DNA from: a bacterium
GTDB taxonomy: Bacteria > JADJOY01
NCBI GenBank assembly: GCA_046331705.1
Contig: JAXLQJ010000039.1
Coordinates: 51,265 to 71,264, forward strand
Direction of reading: 5' to 3'
Length of the DNA: 20,000 nt
Shown here piece after piece: positions 16,025 through 20,000 of the stretch. Under the pieces are notes generated by a model. That model searched no databases. It saw nothing but the letters and a program-made list of their open reading frames with translations, and was not told where the DNA came from. The first letter of the stretch is position 1; the number at the start of each line of letters is the position of its first letter. The position numbers were made by a program, and so were the translations under genes.

Positions 16025-17655
16025 GCGAGCCCATGCCGTCCGCGCCGGTCGCGCTCCTCTCGCTCCCACGCGAGCTCACGCTCGCGGCGGCGGTCCCGCT
16101 CTTCGGACCGGCGCCGGGAGTGCTGCTCGCGGGGGCGGACCCGGAGGTCGTGCTGCGCGCCGACCTGGATCGCGCCCTGGGGCTCGGGCTGGGCGAGGAG
16201 ACGCTCGAGTCGATCGCCCGCGCCGACGTGCCACGGTGGCACGCGTGCTCGGCGGCGGGCGGCGAGCGGCCGCCACCCGGCACGGCCCTGGGCTGGGTGC
16301 TGGTCGAAACGTCGGCAGGCGGTCTCGGGCTCGCGCGCGGCGCCGTCGAGATGGTGCCTGCGCGGCGGCTCGACGAGCGAGCGATGGGGCGCTTGTTGCC
16401 GCCCTCGGCGCTCGACGTGCTCGCCGACGTGGGGCGATTCGCGGCGGCTCGCGGACGCGAGGTGTTCGCGGTCGGCGGTCTGGTGCGTGACCTCGCGCTC
16501 GGGCTGCCGTTCCAGGAGATGGATCTCGACCTGGTCGCGGACGGCGACGCGATCGGCTTGGCGCGGGCGTGGGGAGCCGCGCGCGGTCATGCGGTGCGCG
16601 CGCACCCCGCGTTCGGCACCGCGAAGTGCTCGGCCCTGGGCGCCATCGAGGTCGATCTGGCGTCGATGCGGCGCGAGCGCTACTCGTCCCCGGGAGCGCT
16701 TCCCGCTGTCGAGCCCGGTGCGCTCCTCGACGATCTCCACCGCCGCGACTTCACCGCCAACGCGCTCGCGCTCAGCCTGGCGCCCGGCGCGTTCGGCGCC
16801 GTGGTCGATCCCTTCGACGGCTGGGGCGATCTCGAGCGTCGCGTGCTGCGTGTCCATCACCCGCTGAGCTTCGTCGACGATCCCACGCGCTTGCTGCGAT
16901 CCGCGCGCTATCGCGCGCGCCTCGGGCTGGCGCCGGACGCGGGGCACGACCGCGCGCGCGCCTTGGCGCTGCGCGCGGGTGTGGTGAGCGCGGTCTCGGG
17001 CGTGCGGTTGCTCGCCGACCTGGTGCGGATCTTCCTGGAGGCGGATCCGGTCGGCGCGCTGAGCGTGCTTGCCGCGGAGGGCGTGCTGGGCGCGATCCAT
17101 CCCGCGCTCGAGGATTGGCGGCGCGGCTTCGAGCGACTCGCCGAGATTCGCCGCATCGCCGTCACCTGGCCCGAGCCCATCCCCTCCGTGGACGCCGCGA
17201 TTCCCACGCTCACGGCGCTGATGTGGGATTGGGACGCGCTGCGAATCGAGTCGGTGCGTCGTCGCCTTCAGCCGCCGGGGCGCGCGGGCGCGCGGCTGGA
17301 GCACGAGATCCCGCGGGCGCGGGCGATCGCGGCGCGCCTCGGCAATCAGCACGCCCCCCGCGCCAGCGAGGTGCACCGGCTGCTCGAGCGCGTGCCCGAT
17401 GCGTTGCTCGTTCCCATCGCGGCGCTGGGCGGGCCGGCAGCGGCGAGCGCGGTGCGGCGGTTCGTCGAGACTTCGCGGCACGTCGTCATCAGCACCAGTG
17501 GTGCCGATCTCCTGGCGCTCGGCTTCGAACGCGGGCCGATCCTGGGCCGGATCCAGGCCCGGCTGCGCACCGCGCGCCTCGATGGCGAGGTCCACGACGG
17601 CGAGTCCGAGCTGGCGCTGGTGAGGCGCGAGTTTCTCGCGGACGACCCGAGCTGA
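16021..17655 (+). CDS. Class II tRNA nucleotidyltransferase (A-adding type) with degenerate CBS-like N-terminus
   Basis: VGGLVRD...DLDLV, FGTA, RRERYSSPGALPAV, DDLHRRDFTANA, SFVDDPTRLLR and C-terminal SGADLLALG..GP.LG. GTGA overlap with xerD. Confidence 0.88.
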   Translation: MSEPMPSAPVALLSLPRELTLAAAVPLFGPAPGVLLAGADPEVVLRADLDRALGLGLGEETLESIARADVPRWHACSAAGGERPPPGTALGWVLVETSAGGLGLARGAVEMVPARRLDERAMGRLLPPSALDVLADVGRFAAARGREVFAVGGLVRDLALGLPFQEMDLDLVADGDAIGLARAWGAARGHAVRAHPAFGTAKCSALGAIEVDLASMRRERYSSPGALPAVEPGALLDDLHRRDFTANALALSLAPGAFGAVVDPFDGWGDLERRVLRVHHPLSFVDDPTRLLRSARYRARLGLAPDAGHDRARALALRAGVVSAVSGVRLLADLVRIFLEADPVGALSVLAAEGVLGAIHPALEDWRRGFERLAEIRRIAVTWPEPIPSVDAAIPTLTALMWDWDALRIESVRRRLQPPGRAGARLEHEIPRARAIAARLGNQHAPRASEVHRLLERVPDALLVPIAALGGPAAASAVRRFVETSRHVVISTSGADLLALGFERGPILGRIQARLRTARLDGEVHDGESELALVRREFLADDPS

Positions 17656-17707
17656 ACCGGGGCTCGCGGGATCTCGGCGCGCGCCGTCCGCGCGCGGCGG
17701 AGGTTCC

Positions 17708-17736
17708 TTGCTTGGTCCGGGTGGGATCGCTATTCT
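17708..17736 (+). promoter_or_regulatory. Putative sigma70-type promoter of trpS-scpA-scpB
   Basis: TTGCTT (17708-17713), N17, TATTCT (17731-17736) in the 174-bp intergenic gap. Confidence 0.55.
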
Positions 17737-17829
17737 CCGCGCCCGCCACGCTGAAGTCCGGCCGCGTGCGCGCGATTCGAGCCGACGCGGCTCACCTCTT
17801 CACGCATTCACTCAGACTCGAGATCGGCG

Positions 17830-18837
17830 ATGACGCAGACGCCGCGCGACCGCGTGCTCAGCGGAACTCGCCCGACGGGACGATTGCACCTCGGCCACCT
17901 GCACGGAGCGCTGCTCAACTGGGTGCGGCTCACCGAGCAATACGAGTGCTACTTCTTCGTCGCGGACTGGCACGCGCTCACCAGCGAGTACGAGACCTCG
18001 GGAGTCATCGGTGCCAACGTTCGTGAGCTGGTCGCCGACTGGCTCGGCGCGGGCCTGGATCCCGAGCGGGCGACGCTCTTCGTCCAGTCGCGCGTCAAGG
18101 AGCACGCCGAGCTCTACCTGATCCTGGGCATGATCACGCCGCTCGGCTGGCTGGAGCGCAACCCGACCTACAAGGAGATGCAGGAGAACCTGACGGCCAA
18201 GGACCTCGGCACGTTCGGGTTCCTCGGCTATCCGGTGCTGCAAGCGAGCGACATCCTCGCGTACCGGGCCCACCACGTACCCGTGGGCGTGGATCAGCTT
18301 CCGCACCTCGAGATCACGCGCGAGATCGCGCGTCGCTTTAACTTCTTGTTCCGGAACACGTTCCCGGAGCCCCAGGCGCTGCTCACGCAGGCGTCCAAGC
18401 TGCTCGGAACCGACGGCCGCAAGATGAGCAAGAGCTATGGCAACACGCTCGATCTCGCGGATTCTCCGGACACGCTGCGCGCCAAGGTGAAGACCATGTT
18501 CACCGATCCGCAGCGAAAGCGCCGCAACGATCCCGGCGATCCGGACGTGTGCCCCGTCTATCACCTGCACCGCCTCTATCACCCCAGCGCCGAGCGGGTG
18601 GGTGAGATCGGCGCCGAATGCCGCACGGCCAAGATCGGTTGCGTCGACTGCAAGAAGGAGATGGTCGAGCATCTGGTGACGGCCACCGAGCCGATTCGCG
18701 AACGGCGCGCCGCGGCGCTCGCCAAGCCCGGCTTCATCGACGAGATTCTCGATCACGGGACTCGCCGCGCTCGCGAGATCGCCGCGCGCACGCTCGACGA
18801 CGTGCGCAGCGCGGCGGGGCTACCCGTCGAGCCATGA
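17830..18837 (+). CDS. trpS: Tryptophan--tRNA ligase
   Basis: SGTRPTGRLHLGH (HIGH), YPVLQASDIL, VPVGVDQLPHLE and KMSKSYGN. Confidence 0.97.
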   Translation: MTQTPRDRVLSGTRPTGRLHLGHLHGALLNWVRLTEQYECYFFVADWHALTSEYETSGVIGANVRELVADWLGAGLDPERATLFVQSRVKEHAELYLILGMITPLGWLERNPTYKEMQENLTAKDLGTFGFLGYPVLQASDILAYRAHHVPVGVDQLPHLEITREIARRFNFLFRNTFPEPQALLTQASKLLGTDGRKMSKSYGNTLDLADSPDTLRAKVKTMFTDPQRKRRNDPGDPDVCPVYHLHRLYHPSAERVGEIGAECRTAKIGCVDCKKEMVEHLVTATEPIRERRAAALAKPGFIDEILDHGTRRAREIAARTLDDVRSAAGLPVEP

Positions 18838-19700
18838 ATCAATCGGACGCGATCGGCATCGAGGCGGGAGAGGGCGGCGACGATCGCCCGCCGACCGGCG
18901 AAGGCTCGTGGAAGGTTCGCCTCGACATCTTCGAGGGGCCGCTCGACCTGCTGCTCTACCTGCTGCGCAAAGAGAAGCTCAGCATCTACGACATCCCGAT
19001 CGCCAAGATCACCGAGCAATACCTGGAGACGCTGAAGGTGATCCAGGAGCTCAACCTCGACGTCGCCGGCGAGTTCCTGGTGATGGCGGCGACCTTGCTC
19101 CACATCAAGTCGCGCATGCTGCTGCCGACGCCGCCGAACGACGATGGCTCGGGGGATGCCGGGCCCGACCCCCGCGCCGAGCTGGTGCAGGCGCTCCTCG
19201 AGTACCAGCGGTTTCGGCTGGCGGCCGACGAGCTCGCGACGCGGCCCTTGCTCGGTCGCGACGAGTTCGTGCGCGGCGGGCTCGGCCAGGACCCGCTCGG
19301 CGATGCGCCGGAGCCGCGGGTATCGGCGGGCATCCTGGACCTGGTCACCGCGTTTCGCGGATTGCTCGAACGCCTCGTCGGGACGGACGCGCACCAGGTG
19401 TTCATGGAGTCGGTCAGCCTGACCGACCGGATCAATCAACTCCTCGAGCTGCTGCCCGCCGACGGCCCGATCCTCTTCGAGGACCTCTTCCGGCCGTTCT
19501 ACGCCGACGCGCGTCCCGGCACCCAGCGCTACGAGCTGGTGGTGACGTTTCTCGCGATCCTGGAGCTGGTGCGCATCCGAATGATCCGTGCAGCGCAGGA
19601 GCATGCCTTTGGCCCGATCGTGATCGAGCGCTGCATCGTGCTGGACGCCGACGAGGCCGCGCGCGTCGCGGAAGAGATCGCGCGCATCGAGGAGCCGTGA
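18834..19700 (+). CDS. scpA: Segregation and condensation protein A (kleisin)
   Basis: ATGA overlap with trpS. Motifs FEGPLDLLLYL, IYDIPIAKITEQYL, EFLVMAATLLHIKSRMLLP and VVTFLAILEL. Confidence 0.96.
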   Translation: MNQSDAIGIEAGEGGDDRPPTGEGSWKVRLDIFEGPLDLLLYLLRKEKLSIYDIPIAKITEQYLETLKVIQELNLDVAGEFLVMAATLLHIKSRMLLPTPPNDDGSGDAGPDPRAELVQALLEYQRFRLAADELATRPLLGRDEFVRGGLGQDPLGDAPEPRVSAGILDLVTAFRGLLERLVGTDAHQVFMESVSLTDRINQLLELLPADGPILFEDLFRPFYADARPGTQRYELVVTFLAILELVRIRMIRAAQEHAFGPIVIERCIVLDADEAARVAEEIARIEEP

Positions 19701-20000
19701 CGACACTCGACCCATCCGTCGACGAGCTGGCCACCGAGGCGTCCGCGAGCGCGGCGAACGCCGAGTCGCCGGTGCCCGAGGCGAGCGCCGAGGCGCCCGT
19801 GCCGGCGAGGAGCGCCGAGCCGTCTGCGACCGAGCCCCTCGAGCTGACGGCGCCCCTGGAACTGACCGAGCCCCTGGAGCCGACCGAGCCCACGGAGCCG
19901 AGCGAGCCGAGCGCCCTTGAGGCGGAGGGCGCCGGGTCCGCCGAGGCCGCGGAGGCGCCGGCGCCGCCGGCGGTGGACCGTGCGGTGGTGGAGGCGCTGC
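19697..20000 (+). CDS. scpB: Probable segregation and condensation protein B, N-terminal part (partial) with long acidic extension
   Basis: GTGA overlap with scpA and open frame to the window end: VTTLDPSVDELATEASASAANAESPVPE...PAVDRAVVEAL. The final AVVEAL resembles the start of the ScpB core; position after scpA supports the call. Confidence 0.75.
   Translation, partial: MTTLDPSVDELATEASASAANAESPVPEASAEAPVPARSAEPSATEPLELTAPLELTEPLEPTEPTEPSEPSALEAEGAGSAEAAEAPAPPAVDRAVVEAL
19829..19912 (+). repeat. Imperfect 18-bp/9-bp coding tandem repeats (TEPLEL-TAPLEL-TEPLEP-TEP-TEP-SEP-S)
   Basis: accgagcccctcgagctg / acggcgcccctggaactg / accgagcccctggagccg, followed by accgagccc, acggagccg and agcgagccg. 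Confidence 0.85.

Noticed and set aside
17656-17829. T-box leader upstream of trpS
   Set aside because: No T-box consensus or terminator, and the predicted leader (~90 nt) is too short.

Overview
Very GC-rich bacterial DNA in two parts. Bases 1-15057 form an accessory cell-envelope glycan cluster with five radical SAM enzymes: two with B12-binding (class B-like) architecture, two with SPASM/Twitch-like Cys tails, and one partial gene at the left edge that the ORF track misses. The cluster also holds a lipoprotein GH78-like glycosidase, three GT4 glycosyltransferases, a GT2+DUF2304 (GacI/GacJ-like) pair, an orphan DUF5989/SxtK-like microprotein and two tandem stand-alone double zinc-ribbon proteins. 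It is organised around a 568-bp divergent promoter region. Bases 15116-20000 are housekeeping: xerD, an A-adding-type tRNA nucleotidyltransferase with a degenerate CBS-like N-terminus, trpS with a [4Fe-4S] motif, scpA and the start of scpB. This gene order is reminiscent of Myxococcota/Desulfobacterota (inference). No tRNA, rRNA, CRISPR array or transposase was seen. All family assignments come from motif recognition, not database searches.
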